Notes: generated by a model from the sequence alone, not told the origin. A stretch of 64,000 nt of DNA from Eledone cirrhosa (GCA_964016885.1 OZ024742.1:100564001-100628000); one strand, 5' to 3'; positions 16,216 through 31,136 are shown, counted from the first letter of the stretch. A program made the numbers and translations.

Positions 16216-17437
16216 AGCCAACCAAACAATAACATTGAGAACAATGGTGTTTAGTTGACAGATTAACAAAAATATAGAGGGTTGGCAAGTTTTAAGTCCT
16301 ACTACTATCCATTTACATTCTTGCTCTGACTTTTAACACCAACAATATTTTGAAGGGAACAGCACACATTAAATAAACAAGCTGAGCAATCAACGTCTAA
16401 CTCAGCATTTTTCTCAATTTTCCTCTTTTGTTTTTCGTTCGCCATGTGTGTAGAAGGTTACTGACACAATATAAATAAGAAACTAATCTTAAATCTAACT
16501 AAACATGTTCTTCACCCTTTCTCTCATACCCCTCTCTCTCTCTTCTCCTATCCCCTCTCTCTCTCTCCCTAGCTCCCCACCCACTCTCTCTCTCTTCCTC
16601 TTCCTATCTCCCCATCTCCCTCTCTCTTCCTATCTTCCCATCCCCCCTCTCTCCCGCTCTCTCACTCTCTTTCCCTCACCCCATCCTTCTTTCCACCACC
16701 ACCACCCTTTCTCCATTCCTTCCCCCCCGCCCTCTCTCTCTACCCCCTACCCACCTCTATCTAGCCATTCTTCTATCTAGTAATACCTCAAACTCTCAAT
16801 CTAGCCATCCATCTATCTTTTTTTCTATGTTCATTGAATAAGCTAATTAAACAAAAGAGAAACTACAATAAACTGAGCTGCTTTTTACTGTAGCCCAAAA
16901 CTATTGGGTTGTTCCAGGAAATTAAAGTCCGATCCTCTATTGTGTAGATGTTTCAATAAAATCTCTTACATGGATCACTTTAAACTAAGCAAATTTAATA
17001 GCGAATGGATATGTTAAAAATCCTGACATCCTCTGTACCAAGATTTTAATATAGAAAGGGATCGAATAAATGTGTATATAGTTATGTGTATATAGATCCA
17101 TATACTTGTACATTATGCTTGTGTATAATAAACATATTTAGTCTCACTCTGAGTATTTTAAGCACTAACAAGTGAAATCAATATGTATGTATCATCATCA
17201 TCATTATCATTATCATCGTTTAACGTCTATCTTCCACGCTAGCATGGGTTTAGTTATATATATAAGACAAACACAGAGTATAATTATACAGATTTATGAG
17301 TGTGTATATTAGTTAAAATATATGTATATTCGATCTGACGTTATGGTAAAGACACTTGACTAAGATTCCTTGCAGTAGGATCCACCAGGGGATCTCATGA
17401 TTGCGAAGCGAATTTTATAATACTCAGCTATACCAAC

Positions 17438-17815
17438 GTCTTCTTCTTCCACTTATTCCCGAGAGGGTCGTGTGGGCAGAGTCCTCAAACACTCCTTCCA
17501 GCGGATCCTGTCCGAAACAACCCTCTGCAATTGATCCCGCTGAATCCCCAAGCGAGACCAGCCGAGCTTATGGATGTTATCCAACCACCTTGCTCGAGGT
17601 CTACCCCTGCCGGTTGGTTTTGCCTGTAAAATCTGTCCAGCGATTCTTTCCTGAGACATTCTAACCGCATATTGTAGTACCGGAGCTGTGATTTCTCAAT
17701 TCTGAGAAGTAGCAACTCTTCCTGGAGCGACTCTCTGATCTCCGAGCTATGCACTTTATCGAGTAACTTTACTCTAAAAACCCTTCGGAGAAACCCCTTT
17801 TCGGCCGCTGGTATT
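17438..17815 (-). pseudogene. RTE-clade LINE 3' fragment (RT C-terminus, frameshifted)
   Basis: AAEKGFLRRVFRVKLLDKVHSSEIRESL...IEKSQLRYY, then GRGRPRARWLDNI...DRIRWKECL, ending in (GAA)n. Confidence 0.8.
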
Positions 17816-17890
17816 ACCGATCGTATTATTTCGATCAAATAAATAAATACATAAATACCTCTGCTTTACATTAAAAATAGTAATGTAGAG

Positions 17891-18109
17891 CAGGCATGTC
17901 AAACTGAGGGTCCCTCGATGGCCACATGGATCACATATGTGCTGTCTGAGGGCCGCACACGACAACTAATTGTGCACATTACTACTATTTCTTTTCATTT
18001 TATATTACGAAGATAAAACATGCTTGCGCTGTAAAAATCTTTGTGCGGGCCGCAGGTGTGCTTGTAAAGGGCTGCATGCGGCCCGCAGACCGCATGTTTG
18101 ACATGCCTG
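17891..18109. mobile_element. hAT-superfamily MITE
   Basis: TIR CAGGCATGTCAAAC / GTTTGACATGCCTG and a perfect 8-bp TSD ATGTAGAG. Confidence 0.88.
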
Positions 18110-18381
18110 ATGTAGAGAATATAGATGGGGATGGGACAGACATTAATAACATTAACGGGAATATAGAAATGGGCAGCCATTATAAGTAGCGAGAGTCCCA
18201 AATGCATAAAATAACTTTGTCCACTTTTTTCAGTCTCTAAAGGTAATTTAGCCAATTTTCACAACTATTATCCATAATGATCGACTGTTATTACAGTTGT
18301 TATGTGTATTTGGGACTCTCACATTTTCAAATTTCAGATACTCTCTGCATTTCAATAATTCGTAAGGTTTATTATATTGTA

Positions 18382-18562
18382 CGAGGGTCGGCTGAAAAGT
18401 TCATATGCTGACCAAGATACTCTCATGGACTGACCAAATGAAGTTTATTTTTCAACAAAGAAACAATGCAGTTAAGAAGAGTTGAAATTAATGCATGCAA
18501 GATTTCACAGCTTTAGCACCACTCCTTCATAGTCAGGCTATGAACTTTTCAGCCTAACCTCG
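18382..18562. mobile_element. Mariner-type MITE (partial copies at about 5110-5165 and 13897-13990)
   Basis: TIR CGAGGGTCGGCTGAAAAGTTCATA / TATGAACTTTTCAGCCTAACCTCG, flanked by TA. Confidence 0.82.
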
Positions 18563-18744
18563 TAATGTAGTCGAGAGGAAGGGAGAAGGCAATTTCTATT
18601 AAAATCTCTTATCAAAGATGGCTGTAGACGCTGCCATAAAAAGGTTTCAGCAAATAAATCTTAATTTAGGGTTCACTAATCTATTTTATCGTTTTATTCT
18701 AGCACTTTGACAAGGTGCCAATTAGGATAAGTGTCGTATATAAT

Positions 18745-18986
<242 letters not shown>

Positions 18987-18992
18987 CTATGC

Positions 18993-19028
<36 letters not shown>

Positions 19029-19043
19029 GTGTGTGTACATATA

Positions 19044-19084
<41 letters not shown>

Positions 19085-19101
19085 ACATATATATATGTAT
19101 A

Positions 19102-19132
<31 letters not shown>

Positions 19133-19260
19133 GTTTCTGTGTATGTGTGTATGTATGGGCGTTGTTTCTGTTTTGTGTTTGTAAAAATGAAAGAAAAAAA
19201 TACGAGTTGCGGCTTCGAAGCCGCTCTCTCTCTCTATCTCTCTATCTATCTATCTATCTA

Positions 19261-19353
<93 letters not shown>

Positions 19354-19482
19354 CTCTCTCCCTCTCTCTCTCGCTTTTTTTTTCTTCTTTTCAAGCTAAT
19401 CTCCTTCATTCGTTACGTTATCTCATATAGTATAGATGTGGGTTATATCTATATATATCTATAATGTGTATATATATATATA

Positions 19483-19533
<51 letters not shown>

Positions 19534-19537
19534 TATA

Positions 19538-19569
<32 letters not shown>

Positions 19570-21300
19570 AAAATAGAACGTACTACCATTTTCAATTTGT
19601 TCCCGTGAATTAAATCTATATTACGTTTTAAACTGACAGCTAACAATATCAACAACAAACTAGAACCATCTCCCCAGACGATGACAGCAACAGTAAGAAG
19701 AAGAATATAGGTTTCTGATTTAGACACAAGGCCAGCATTTTTAGGGATGAGGGAAGGGTAAATCGATTATATTAACCTTCAATGCTTGTCTGGTACTTTC
19801 TTTTATCAAAACAACAGTAGTGGTGTCTAATTTTAGCACAAGGCCTGTAGCTTTAAGGTAAGGGGTAAGTTGATTAAATCAACGCCAGTACATGACGGCG
19901 GCTTTATTTTCTCAACCCGGCAAGAATGAAAAGCAAAGTTGATTTCTTTGCTATTTGAATTCAGAACACAAAGAGCCTGAACAAATACCGCAAATCATTT
20001 TGTTTTGCTTGTCAATACACTGTAATTGTTTCAAAAACAGCTTTGAGTCAAGATTGGTGAATTGACAGAGTTGGTAGATAGCTGGATAAAATGGCATTGC
20101 TGTATTTATTCTGGCTATTTATGTTATGAGTTCAACTCTTGGCAGATAGAGGCGAGATTGGAACTCGAAGCACAATGAAATGAAATATATGCCACACACA
20201 CGCGCAAGAGAGAGACATGTGTCTAAGGGCCTTGTTTCAGGGGGATATTTCTAATTGCTAATATTATCTATAGGTCGCAACTCCAGGTCGAAGGAGCAAC
20301 GTGAAATAAAGTGTCTTGCTCAAGAACATAACGCATTGCTCGGTTCGGGAATCGAACTCACAACCTCACGATTGCGAATCCAATTCTCTAACCACTCAGA
20401 CACTCACAAACACAGAGCTACGCCTGTTTCTTTTTATACTATATGTACGTGCCTGTATATGTGTGGTGTGTGTGTGGGGGGGGGGGGGGGGCATTCGCGT
20501 CTGCATGTATGCATAACTATTGTTTTTTCCCACCGTTATATTTAAACATAATTTTAAAGAACATTACATCAATTATATTCCATATGATATATATGTTTGC
20601 TATATTTTCTCCAACATGCTTCAAAATAGGAAAAACCTATTAACAATTGGTGTAATACTGTAATATTTATCTAATTTCCGTTATGAATTAACTCTACTTA
20701 TTATTGTTTCCCTAGCTTGTTTTATTGAAGTCTCACACATTTAAATCGTGGGCGGTTAAATGGCAGTGTTGTTAGAACGTCGAATTGCGATGCCTTGCAG
20801 CTTTTGTTTCGGTGCTCTGAGTTCAAATCCTGCCAAAGTCAATAAATATAATACCAGTAGTATTATATTTAATGCCGCGGTGGGTTTTTCTTGTACACTC
20901 TTTTTTTCATTTTTTTTTTTTCTTTCTTTCTCTGGATAAAATTGACTGTTTCGACATGGTTTGGTTCCACCATGTTTAAATGCCCGATATGATGGCACCT
21001 CTACGGCACCATCAGTAGTTGGGACCGGCAGATAGTATCAGAAATGGAATGACCAATGGGAATATTGTTTCCTTGATTTAAACTGACGATTAACTTGTAT
21101 ATAGTTCGAGAAGATTGAATCTAACGAAGAAACATTAATATACATATATATTTTTATAAATGTGTTTGAAGGGAGGCGGGTGCTACCATTAGCCCTTCTT
21201 AGGCAGCTGCCTAGAACGCTGATGTCAGAGAAATACATTACTGAAGCTTAAAGTGTCGCAGGATTTGTACGATTTATTTTATGATTAACTTAAGTATATA

Positions 21301-21520
21301 ATTGTTTCTGATTTAGACACAAGGTCAACAATTTGAAGGAAAGGGGAAAGTCGATTAAATCGACCCCAGTGTATTACTGCTACTTTATTTTATCGACCCC
21401 GTAAGGATGAAAGGTAAAGCTAACCTCGGGAGGATTTGAACTCAGAATGTAAAGGGTCGTAACTCTATGCTACGAAGCATGGTGTCCGATGATCTACCGA
21501 TACTGCCAATCCGCCGCCCT
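21301..21520 (-). mobile_element. SINE family 1, full length
   Basis: Reverse complement of GGGCGGCGGATTGGCAGTATCGG...GTTCAAATCC...core...AAACAAT. Confidence 0.8.
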
Positions 21521-22271
21521 AACTTAAGTAAATAATAAATTCCTGCGATCAATAAATAAATCGCTAAACATTATTGCTGCGTAGCAGAAATATCCAAAGC
21601 GGTGAAGAGGGCCGTATGGTGTAATGACTTGTTAAATGGTTTGGCGTGGGTGGGAGTGGACCATGTTGCGGAAAATGCGGGCTTAGTAATTTTCAAGCAA
21701 GAAGTATCAAAAATTAGGTTTATCAACTTACCAAACTGTAAATTAAAATTATTTATTTCGGAAAATTAGTCAAATAACTGAGAGAATGGAAGACACGTTG
21801 TAACCCAGGATATTAAATACCCAGGTGTCGGCCCTGATTAAAGTGGGGGAGGCGGCAGGGATAAATGTATTAATGATGTAAGAGAACTTATAATATTCTT
21901 AAGCCGTGAAGAAATGGATATAAATTCGACGTTATGAAGGTCAGAAGTAACAATTATCACTGTGCCATATGTGTTTGTATGTAGATATGTGTGTGTGTGT
22001 GTGTTTTATATCCGTGTGTGTTTGTATGTGTGGGTGCGTTTGTATAGGTGTGTTAATGTACGCGCTTGCTTCTGTGTTTTCTTGGGAGTGGTGTTGTAGA
22101 CGTGTGTATTTGCATGTGTGTGTGTGTGTGTGTGATTGTGTGTGTGTGAAAAATAACGTTAGACGTTTTATTTTTCTGAAAACGAACTATTCTTTGTTAT
22201 TCAATATCATATGACATAGTTTTCTACGTAATTAGTGACATTTAACCTACATGCACATACACACACACACA

Positions 22272-22325
<54 letters not shown>

Positions 22326-22650
22326 CGCGCGCGCACACATTCGCATACACACACACGTACACTCCCACATATAGATGTATGCATACAAGCATAAGCACAC
22401 TCACATACGTACTTAAACACAAGACCATACATTCCCACACATACAGATATACGAATAAAACATAAACACACACACATATACACATACATACTTAAACACA
22501 CACACATATACACATACATACTTAAACACACACACACAGACACACACAGTTGTTGCTACTCATCTCTGTGTCATGGAGACAATAGAAATATGCTAATTCG
22601 TTTTCTTAGCATTTGGCTTGACACCATCTCTCATAGCATATGTGGTGATA

Positions 22651-22686
<36 letters not shown>

Positions 22687-22944
22687 GGGGGTGGAGGGTA
22701 TTTGTGTGTGCGTGTATATATATATATATGTGTGCGTGTGTATGTATATATATATATATATATATTTGTGTGTATGTATATATATATATACATATGTATA
22801 TATATATGTATATATACATATGTGTATATATTTATGTGTGTGTGTGTGCACATATATATATATATATATATATATTTAAAAGTTCTAAGCAATTTGATCT
22901 TATTTTGTAATATTATGATTTTACAATTTGGTTTTGTAGATCTA

Positions 22945-23511
22945 GTTACATTTACTTTGTTCTTAACTCTGAAGCCGAGAATTATTCGGTTTCCTAGTTA
23001 GAATTTTAGTCTACGACTTCAGTTATACCACTTACGTGGTTTTGTCTTTGCGTGCAATTGTTCTCCACGCTCCACGTATGACGTAATATCTTCGTTTTTT
23101 CCGTTTATTGCCAGAGAACGTCTCTATGAACCACCTAAGAGAATATTAGTCTACGACTTCTTTTATACTATACACGTGGTTTTGTCTTTGCGTGTAATTG
23201 TTTTTCACCGCTCCAAATAATTGTTTCTACTTTTGACACAAGGCCAGCAATTAACCAATGCATTACTGGTACTTTATTCTATCGACCTCGGAAGGATGAA
23301 AGGCAAAGTTCACCGCTCCAAATTCGTTTTTTCCCGTTCTTTGCCAGGGAACGTTTCCACGAACGAAAGTATCGTCTGCCTGTCATCCTCCGGCTGCAAC
23401 GTTTTTTGAAATATTCACTTCTGCGTTCACATATTGACTTTGTCAGTTTCAGAAGATCCCGTTAAGGGGGAAAGCAGCGATTCTTGGCTTAAACTTTAAT
23501 CTTTTATTTTA

Positions 23512-23515
<4 letters not shown>
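22945..23515 (+). mobile_element. Family B PLE-like 3' region with an internal duplication and a SINE fragment (second copy 30165-30520 -; tip 24903-24950 -)
   Basis: Clear homology with the reverse complement of 30165-30520. It ends TTAAACTTTAATCT...TTTTAATAAA at (TA)n. Confidence 0.6.
23445..23495 (+). ncRNA. Hammerhead-like motif, family B (CAGAAGA core)
   Basis: Stem I AGTTT/AAACT; CAGAAGA; stem II TCCC/GGGG; GAAA-GC...GC-T-T. Confidence 0.55.
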
Positions 23516-23586
<71 letters not shown>

Positions 23587-23637
23587 TGTATGTATGTATT
23601 TATGTATGTATGTATTTATGTATGTATGTATGTATAG

Positions 23638-23688
<51 letters not shown>

Positions 23689-23691
<3 letters not shown>

Positions 23692-23856
23692 TGCTGGATT
23701 TAGGATAAATGAGGCCCTGTGCTAGTTAAGTTTTGAGGCCCCAAACATTTGAAAAATTCATCGTAAAATATTTTTTGGGGTAGGAAGAAGGCCCTTTCCT
23801 GGCCAACAGGGCTTTGTGCTTAAGCACACCTAAGCACAATGGTAAATTCGGCACTG
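23689..23856. mobile_element. MITE with short TIRs (DNA transposon)
   Basis: CAGTGCTGGATTTA / TAAATTCGGCACTG. Confidence 0.6.
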
Positions 23857-24121
23857 AATATATATTCGAGTGGGATCAAACTCAGGACCTAAAGATTGCG
23901 AAGGCAAAACGGTATTAACCATGTGACTATGATGCGTTCGCTCCAATACACACGCACACACACACACACATATATATATATATAATAAGGGATTGACAAC
24001 TGAAATGAAGCTCAACTGTTTGGCATGTGTAGTGATAAAGAGAGGAGGGTACGAGAAAAAGAGGGTGGAGAAGAGGATGGAAACAAATTCGAGTGCATAT
24101 ATATATGTGTGTGTCTGTGTC

Positions 24122-24179
<58 letters not shown>

Positions 24180-24465
24180 AATATATACTTGAGTTGTGGG
24201 GTATATTGTATTATATATGTATGTGTTAAAGTAAGGTACCATTTAGCTGTAATTAAAAACCTAACAGACATATGTGACACATGGTATAGACATACATAGA
24301 TATGTATATATATATATATACATATAATTGTTTCTACTTTAGGCACAAGGCCAGCAATTACCCAGTACATTATTGGTACTTTATATAATATATATAATAT
24401 ATTATATATATATATATAATATATATATATAATATATATATATAATATATATATATATTTTTTTT

Positions 24466-24684
24466 TTCAATCGAATTGACTTTCGTCAAATCGGACCGAG
24501 GAAACAATGTTTCCGTTGGTTTTTCCAATTGCTAATACTATCTATCGGCCGAAACTCCAGGTAGAAGGAGCAACGTGAAATAAAGTGTCTTGCCCAAGGA
24601 CATAACGCATCGCTCGGTCCGGGAATCGAACTCACAACCTCACGATTGCGAATCCAATTCTCTAACCACTCAGCCATGCGCCTT
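24466..24684 (-). mobile_element. tRNA-derived SINE family 2 (copies ~5228-5345-, 8750-9010-, 12625-12900+, 20290-20400-, 26440-26640-)
   Basis: Reverse complement reads TGGCTGAGTGGTTAG...GTTCGATTCCC...GTCCTTGGGCAAGACACTTTATTTCACGTTGCTCC (tRNA head plus conserved core). Confidence 0.8.
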
Positions 24685-24688
24685 CACA

Positions 24689-24744
<56 letters not shown>

Positions 24745-24788
24745 GTGTGTGTATATATAATATATATATATGTGTGTGTATATATATA

Positions 24789-24898
<110 letters not shown>

Positions 24899-24950
24899 TA
24901 TATTAAAATAACAGATTAACGTTTAAGCAAAGAATCGCTGCTTTCACTCT

Positions 24951-25158
24951 TAAATATTTGCTCTACGGTTCTTATATATTTGATATATATTTATCCTTAT
25001 CGAGCCCTCTTTGGATTTTAGTCTTCAAATTTATTATTATTAGTATATATATATATATAATAATAGTAATAATAATAAATTTGAAGACTAAAATCCAAAG
25101 AGGGCTCGATAAGGATAAATATATATCAAATATATAAGAACCGTAGAGCAAATATTTA
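24951..25158. repeat. Perfect ~90-bp inverted repeat with a central AT/(TA)n spacer
   Basis: TAAATATTTGCTCTACGG...CTTCAAATTTATTATT and its exact reverse complement. Confidence 0.8.
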
Positions 25159-25435
25159 TATATATATATATGGTAACATGTATCCCAGTACAACCTATCC
25201 CATGGACGGGTCGTTGGCGACTAAACTGGCAACCCCACCAAGGGTTCTTGGTGAGGAGGGTGACTTTGGACATCCTGCAGGACTAAAAACAAAACCTGTC
25301 AAAGGGCAAAGGAACTCTTAAGAGTCAATGTCCATCCAAAATCACCGGGAGAGATGACCCCTTAGCCTTTGTCAAGGCAGAATTCTAGGAGAAGGAAAAC
25401 TCTGATATAACACCTGCAACTCTGATGGTATCCAA

Positions 25436-25753
25436 TGATGTTGACTTGTTCTTTTTGGTAAATATCATCTTGGTTAAGAGAGTGGGACTGGCTTTGTGCA
25501 GTGCCTTTGCTCACTATAAAAGCTTCACGCCACAGGCATTGCTTTATATCTGGAGATTTCTCTGCACTTGTCGTCACATGGTACCATGGGCCCAGCACTA
25601 TGTGTCAATAATTGTCACAAGTGTAGTGTTTGTACCAGAGTTTTCAAGTCACTGGCTGGACTAAAAAGTCACACTCGTTCAGCGCATCGGTAGGGGTTCT
25701 CCTACATGGATATAAAGTAGTGGCCGTACTCGAAAACGAGTTGGCAGCCACCA
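25436..25753. repeat. ~300-bp high-identity interspersed repeat (copies 26955-27277 and 59852-60169)
   Basis: Three near-identical copies; two abut (TATG)n. Confidence 0.8.
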
Positions 25754-25843
25754 TATATATATATATATTGTAGTTGTCATTGTTTATGCTCTTGAGAAGA
25801 GTTTCCATATACATATCTATACAAACATGTGTGGGTGTGTATA

Positions 25844-25889
<46 letters not shown>

Positions 25890-27656
25890 CCTATTGTTAT
25901 GTTATTCAGAAGAGATACCCAATGTGTTGACAATGTGATGTAAGACATTAAGACTCATGTTGCTTCGCCACCATGTTAGTTCGTCTGTTAGTTTGATAGC
26001 TTGCCAGATATCAAAATACCTCGCTAACCTACAAAGGATAAAACTAGAGCATATGTCCGCCATATACGTTTCAACACACACATACACACACACACTTATG
26101 TATGTACGTTGTATTATTATGGATTGACAGTATCGGTAGAGAGTCGGACACCATGCTTTGAAGCATAGAGTTACGTCCCTTTGTGATCGGAGTTCAAATC
26201 CCGCCGAAGTTAACTTTGCCTTTCATCCTTACGGGGTCGATAAAATAAAGTACCAGTAATGTACTGGGTATTTGCTGGCCTAAAATAGAAACAATTAATA
26301 TGATGGTGTGGACGGGGGTGCAACTCCTGGTGCAGCATTAAGGGCACCGTCGTAATGTATTCAGCGTGACTGAACCCAGAACCACATGGTTGTATGGTTG
26401 CGAGGCGAATTGTTTTAACAATATATATATATATTTTTTTTCTATCGAATTGACTTTCGTCTAATCGGACCGAGGAAACAATGTTTCCGTTGGTCTTTCC
26501 AATTGCTAATACTATCTATCGGTCGCAACTCCAGGTAGAAGAAGCAACGTGAAATAAAGTGTCTTGCCCAAGGACATAACGCATCGCCCGGTCCGGGAAT
26601 CGAACTCACAACCTCACGATTGCGAATCCAATTCTCTAACGTATATATATTATCCTGGGTGGAGATGGGTTTTTTTATAGAGCTCCCCACACCATGGATG
26701 AGATGTAAACGTGTCCAGTCCATGTTTTAACACATGTATCACACACTAGGGAATCTACTTAACAAATAAAATAATATTGTCATGATATATTATGTCAGGT
26801 GTGTGCCTGTGCATGTATGTATGTATGTATGTATGTATGTATGTATGTATGTATGTATGTGTGTATGTATGTATATACGTACGTATGTATCTATTTATGT
26901 ATGTCAAGGCAGAATTCTAGGAGAAGGAAAACTCTGATATAACACCTGCAACCAATGATGTTGACTTGTTCTTCTTTTTAGTAAATATCATCTTGGTTAA
27001 GAGAGTGGGACTGGCTTTGTGCAGTGCCTTTGCTCACTATAAAAGCTTCACAACACAGGCATTGCTTTATATCTGGAGATTTCTCTGCACTTGTCGTCAC
27101 ATGGTACCATGGGCCCAGCACTATGTGTCAATAGTTGTCACAGGTGTAGTGTTTGTACCAGAGTTTTCAAGTCAGTGGCTGAACTAAAAAGTCACACTCG
27201 TTCAGCACATCGGTAGGGGTTCTCCTACATGGAAATAAAATAGTGGCCGTACTCGAAAACGAGTTGCCAGCTACCATGTATGTATGTATGTGCACATTAT
27301 ACATGTATGTGTATATATATATATGTATGTGTGTATATATGTATGTGTGTATGTACGTATGTGCGTGAGAAAGAAAGAGGATGGGAAGCAAAAAATAGTA
27401 AGATAGAGAAAGAGGTAAATAGGGAGGTTGATCGATGCAGATAGAAAGATAGATAGATATGATAGATAGATCGATTAGAGAGTCAGATAAATAGATACAG
27501 AAGAAGAAATAGATAGATCGGTTAAGTAGAGACAGAGAGAGACAAACAGACTGACTGACAGTTTTGGGGTTTTTTTCACACGGATTGTTTTGCATTTAAT
27601 GAGTCATCAAATGTTTATTTATAATTGTAAAGTGAAACCGTCCTTGAAATTAGGAA

Positions 27657-27691
<35 letters not shown>

Positions 27692-27837
27692 ATATATATA
27701 TATGTATATACATAAGTATATACATACACACACAACAATATATATATGTGTGTATATACAAATACATATGTGTATACATATACATATATATATATATATA
27801 TATACATACACATATAAATATATATACATATATATAT

Positions 27838-27893
<56 letters not shown>

Positions 27894-27992
27894 TATTTAC
27901 TACATATATATATATATAATATATATATTTATATATATTTATATATATATATATATATATAATATATTTACTACATATATATATAATATATA

Positions 27993-28045
<53 letters not shown>

Positions 28046-28051
<6 letters not shown>

Positions 28052-28560
28052 GAAAGGTATAGAAAATATTGTAGCAAGAAGCACACAGTATTCCATAATA
28101 TATAAGTGACTATAGCGTCAAAATGGGAAAATAGTTAACGTAAGATGTGGGGAAAATAATTCAAACTCAACTCAAAAAGAATCAGGATATAGATTCATCC
28201 AACAGAATTTAGTGAAATCCATGGAAAAAATCAATAGAGCCTTAACTCATGATAAATTAAAGTTTAAAATAATCATCCTTCAATTTGGAAAAAATACAAA
28301 TGCTCTGTATAGTCTTGAAGACTATTTCACGAAAACTTTCAGTGGAGATGATCACGGTTGGAATTCGATCCTCAGCAGAGCTCAACTCGATAGCCAAAAT
28401 TTCTCACTGATTAATATACCAAAAAGGGAATTAAAAGCAGGCTAGTTCACCATCATGCGTGATTATGAAAATAAAACGCACATGTGGAAAGACAGGGCTG
28501 GTGACGTAAGAATGAGACGAATGTTTGTTTACAAGAAACAACAGTCAAAAACATTACGAA
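28046..28560 (-). mobile_element. PLE-like 3' region carrying an HHR (second copy 41065-41277 +; tip fragment 9067-9117 +)
   Basis: 28046-28256 is the near reverse complement of 41065-41277, and both end at (TA)n. Confidence 0.6.
28302..28381 (-). ncRNA. Type-I hammerhead ribozyme
   Basis: Reverse complement: stem I GCTCTG/CAGAGC; CTGAGGA; stem II CGAA/TTCG with a long loop; GAAA; stem III ATAGTC-TTCAA-GACTAT; AUA site. Confidence 0.85.
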
Positions 28561-28580
28561 AAAAAAAATATATATATATA

Positions 28581-29160
28581 TACGTTATTCCGGGTTGAAT
28601 CGGAGGTAACCACAGTAAGTAAGGTACTCAATACATAGCAGAGTATAAAAGTTTTAATATAGATGAGATTCTACAGGACTAGAACTGTTTCATTCATTAG
28701 AAATCATCAGGAATCTGGGTATCAAAAAATAAAAATGGTATTTATAGGTCTCTACAAGTGGTAGGAGAGGGTGGGGAGTGGGATGGGTGTAGGTCATTGG
28801 TTGATAGAAAAGGGAATTCATTAAAAGCTAATTCTACAAAGCTATAGTTTATTTTTATTTATTTATGTTTTTAGAGTAACAAAGGCAGACAGAATTCTAT
28901 AAACAGGTTCTGGATGGCATACCATTCCTTGTCATTAAGTTTCTCTTAAGCTAACAGATGTCTATAAGATCAGTGGGGGGTCAGTCATGGTCGATAGAAT
29001 TAAAGAAAAGGGAGATTCTTTAAAAGCTAAAATCATTAAGGTTCTACTAAGTGACAAACGTTTAGAGAATTCTGTAGACAGATTCAAAATACTGAGTGCA
29101 TATCTTACAATTATCTTCGAACTTCTCTTAAACTAATCAACTATATGCCAAAAATCAACA
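28581..29160 (-). mobile_element. Longer family A PLE-like 3' region
   Basis: Reverse complement of the 35638-35768 sequence, extending ~450 bp further upstream; carries the HHR at 28666-28716. The upstream boundary is approximate. Confidence 0.6.
28666..28716 (-). ncRNA. Type-I hammerhead ribozyme, family A
   Basis: Reverse complement: stem I AGATTC/GAATCT; CTGATGA; short stem II TTC/GAA; GAAA; stem III ACAG-TTCTAGTC-CTGT; GUA site. Confidence 0.8.
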
Positions 29161-29275
29161 GACACATTCACAAAAAAACATACTCACTCACACACTCACG
29201 CACAACCATAAACACACATACACATACACATATACACACATAAAAACACACACACATATATATAGATATATTTAT

Positions 29276-29340
<65 letters not shown>

Positions 29341-29526
29341 CACACGCATATATATACATACACACACACACACATATATATATACACACACACACACACA
29401 TATATACACATATAAATACACTCACACACATACATACAAACACAAATATACATGTGTATACATATACACACAAATACACATAGATACATATACATATATA
29501 TACAGATATATACATACACATACAAC

Positions 29527-29579
<53 letters not shown>

Positions 29580-29584
29580 CATAC

Positions 29585-29635
<51 letters not shown>

Positions 29636-29676
29636 TACATATACATACACTATATATATATATATATATATATATT

Positions 29677-29734
<58 letters not shown>

Positions 29735-29736
<2 letters not shown>

Positions 29737-29945
29737 AACAAGTAGGACCCCGACGGGTGAGCTCAAGCCGTTTCGACGGCTAATTCTGGACTAAAATTTT
29801 TTTTTTAGTCCAGAATTAGCCGTCGAAACGGCTTGAGCTCAGCCGTCGGGGTCCTACTTGTTCCTATTACCCACTCTACTACCCTAAGTATTGAGTACTT
29901 TCGTGCGTTATGGTCCATCTGGTTCCTTACCACATTTCCTTCGTT
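29735..29945 (+). mobile_element. Fold-back PLE-like insertion, family C
   Basis: ~60-bp inverted arms (GGAACAAGTAGGACC...GGTCCTACTTGTTCC), the same tail as the 48570 copy, within (TA)n. Confidence 0.75.
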
Positions 29946-29959
29946 ATATATACAAATAT

Positions 29960-30063
<104 letters not shown>

Positions 30064-30117
30064 GTATATGTATATATGTATATGTATATATATATATATG
30101 TATATGTATATAGATAC

Positions 30118-30149
<32 letters not shown>

Positions 30150-30183
30150 ATGTATATATATATTTATTAAAATAACAGATTAA

Positions 30184-30234
30184 AGTTTAAGCAAAGAACC
30201 GCTGCTTTCACCCTTAACGGGATCGTCTGAAACT
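30184..30234 (-). ncRNA. Hammerhead-like motif, family B (CAGACGA core)
   Basis: Reverse complement reads AGTTT-CAGACGA-TCCC.GTTAA.GGGT-GAAAGCA...TGCTT-AAACT. Confidence 0.55.
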
Positions 30235-30745
30235 AACAAAGTCAATCTGTGAACGCAGAAGTGAATATTTAAAAAAGCGTTGCAACCGAAGGAAGACAGG
30301 AAGACGATACTTTGGTTCGTGGAAACGTTCCCTGGCAAAGAACGGGAAAAAACGAATATAATACGTCATATGTGGAGCGTGGAGAACAATTAATTGCACG
30401 CAAAGACAAATCCACGTAAGTGGTATAACTGAAGTCTTAGACTAAAATTCTAACTAGGAAACCGAATGATTCTCAGCTTCAGAGTTAACAATAAAGTAAA
30501 TAAAATAAAGAGGTAATTGAAATTAAATAAATACATACACAAGCATACGCGAAAACACTCGCCATAGGTAAAGAAAAACAAAAAAAACCGCACACACACA
30601 CAAAACCCACGCAACGCCTGTACCCGCACGCATACGAATGTATACACCAAATACACATGAAAATATATATAAAAATATATATATATATATATACATATGT
30701 GTGTGTGTGTGAGTGTCTATATATATATATTTATACATATATACA

Positions 30746-30782
<37 letters not shown>

Positions 30783-30793
30783 CCCGGAATAAC

Positions 30794-30867
<74 letters not shown>

Positions 30868-30970
30868 ATATATATGTATATATGTATATATATATATATA
30901 TATGTGTGTATATATATGTATATATATATGTGTGTGTATATATATATGTATATATATGTATATATATATG

Positions 30971-31001
<31 letters not shown>

Positions 31002-31016
31002 GTATATATATATGTG

Positions 31017-31048
<32 letters not shown>

Positions 31049-31101
31049 TATGTGTGTATATATATATGTATATATATATATATTTATATATAAATATATA
31101 C

Positions 31102-31136
<35 letters not shown>

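Noticed and set aside
19209-19224. 16-bp perfect palindrome GCGGCTTCGAAGCCGC
   Set aside because: Single short occurrence with no supporting context.
24590-24684. tRNA gene
   Set aside because: It is a tRNA-like SINE head that continues into the SINE core and is present in many diverged copies.
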